Assembly: GCF_006345805.1 (NCBI RefSeq)
Contig: NC_042997.1
Coordinates: 182,280,001 to 182,344,000 of the forward strand
DNA from: Octopus sinensis
Lineage: Eukaryota
Length of the DNA: 64,000 nt
Direction of reading: 5' to 3'
Part shown: positions 62,830-64,000 of the stretch, one piece after another
Position numbering within the stretch: the first letter of the stretch is position 1
How the letters are laid out: each line of letters opens with the position of its first letter
Position numbers and translations under genes: made by a program
The notes under the pieces: model-generated
Seen by the model: only the letters and a program-made list of their open reading frames with translations
The model's database searches: none
What the model was told of the DNA's origin: nothing

Positions 62830-64000
62830 CTGTAAAAAAAAATATATGAAGCTTAAATTTGTTGTAATCACAAAATTCCCATGAAAACAGCATTTTTGGG
62901 GTTCATCATTAACATTGAAGATATCTAGTTATAGGTTTTGAATTTAAATTCTCAAATACACCTAAGTTGAAACCATTAAAATAAAAGCAATATAATATGA
63001 ACAAGACCTTAAGAAATGAGTAAATGGGTTGTATTACAGTGATGAAAGCATCTAGTACAGATTTATACTGAACTAAAATATTTTTCATATTTAATATTTC
63101 TCAGACAGATCATATAACTTTTCAATTACAAGAAAGTCAAAAAAGTTTGACAGCTGTTCTGTTCCCCCATGGAGACAATTGTGATATACAATAAAATTTA
63201 TAACTATGAAACTATAAACAAAACAGCAATAGCTGCAGTATTTGATGAATGAATTGCATCAAAAGATTCTTACATAAGCATAAACAATAGTTATTGCTGG
63301 ATTAGAGCAGACTTGATACAAGCAACCTATGAGTCTCTGAAGTAAATGCTTAACATACTTGGTACAGCAACCAAATGTACACAACAAATATGCTTAATTT
63401 TTAAAAGAAACTCAGTTGGACCTAAAATCTATTGACTATTCTAATTATTCCATAAAATATTGGACCAATTATGCAAAAGTGGACAAAAATCAAGGTATTT
63501 TAGCACCTATAATATTGGCTAATAAAATTGTGATATTTCATTCCGCTGGTATGACATGAATACCCTTTCAAACCTACAAACCTCCTATAGTAAGCAAACC
63601 AACACCCTACAGGTGTTGTGTCCATTTGTTCTTGGAAGCTATTTTTATAAGCATAGTTACCAATGTTGCTGGTTAGACTTATGACAATATTAGTGCAAAT
63701 ATGATCTAGAACGAAGTTCATGAAACATTCCTGCAGTACAAGTTTACTCATAGAAACAGTCAACTTAACATACTACATATGCAAATGTGCTAAAATATGA
63801 AGTTATGGAATTAAAGAAAAATTTGAATTTTTCAAATTTATGCAATTCATATGTTAGTCAACTGACAATTTAAGAATTGGGACTGGATTTAAGTATTTTG
63901 AAATACTTCCACTTCCCCACTCCATACTTGCAAACATCAACCATGCCAGTCTGTGAGGGTCTGCAAGTTACCAACACAGCCACTCCTGTGACTTAAGTCT

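Noticed and set aside
63039-63072. GTGATGA...CTGA C/D-box pair
   Set aside because: It is antisense to the RPL5 host and only ~35 nt long, too short for a C/D snoRNA.

Overview
AT-rich, microsatellite- and SINE-dense eukaryotic DNA. The repeat families (ATG-tailed RTE 3' ends, tRNA-headed SINEs) look like those of Octopus/coleoid cephalopods; this is inferred from recognition, not a database search. Two convergent protein-coding genes are present. On + is the 3' part of a calcineurin A catalytic subunit gene: CaM-binding exon 14667-14751, exon 15350-15447, a 36-nt cassette 20913-20948 and the autoinhibitory-domain terminal exon 26841-26968, probably followed by a long 3'UTR. On - are the last three coding exons of RPL5 (62829-62652, 62164-62076, 58319-58223). 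The rest is intron or intergenic DNA with decayed mariner/Tc1, piggyBac, Helitron, RTE and CR1 elements and many SINEs. The most notable unexplained signals are: (1) several type I hammerhead-ribozyme motifs in Penelope/retrozyme-like repeats, including a tandem pair with intact cores 438 nt apart; (2) candidate alternative-splicing features around the calcineurin regulatory domain, namely a CnAbeta1-like intron read-through with an intronic polyA signal, several in-frame microexon candidates, and one that would need A-to-I editing to create its acceptor; (3) structured intronic elements in RPL5. Most ORF-track entries are microsatellite or TE artefacts. Coordinates of decayed repeats are approximate.
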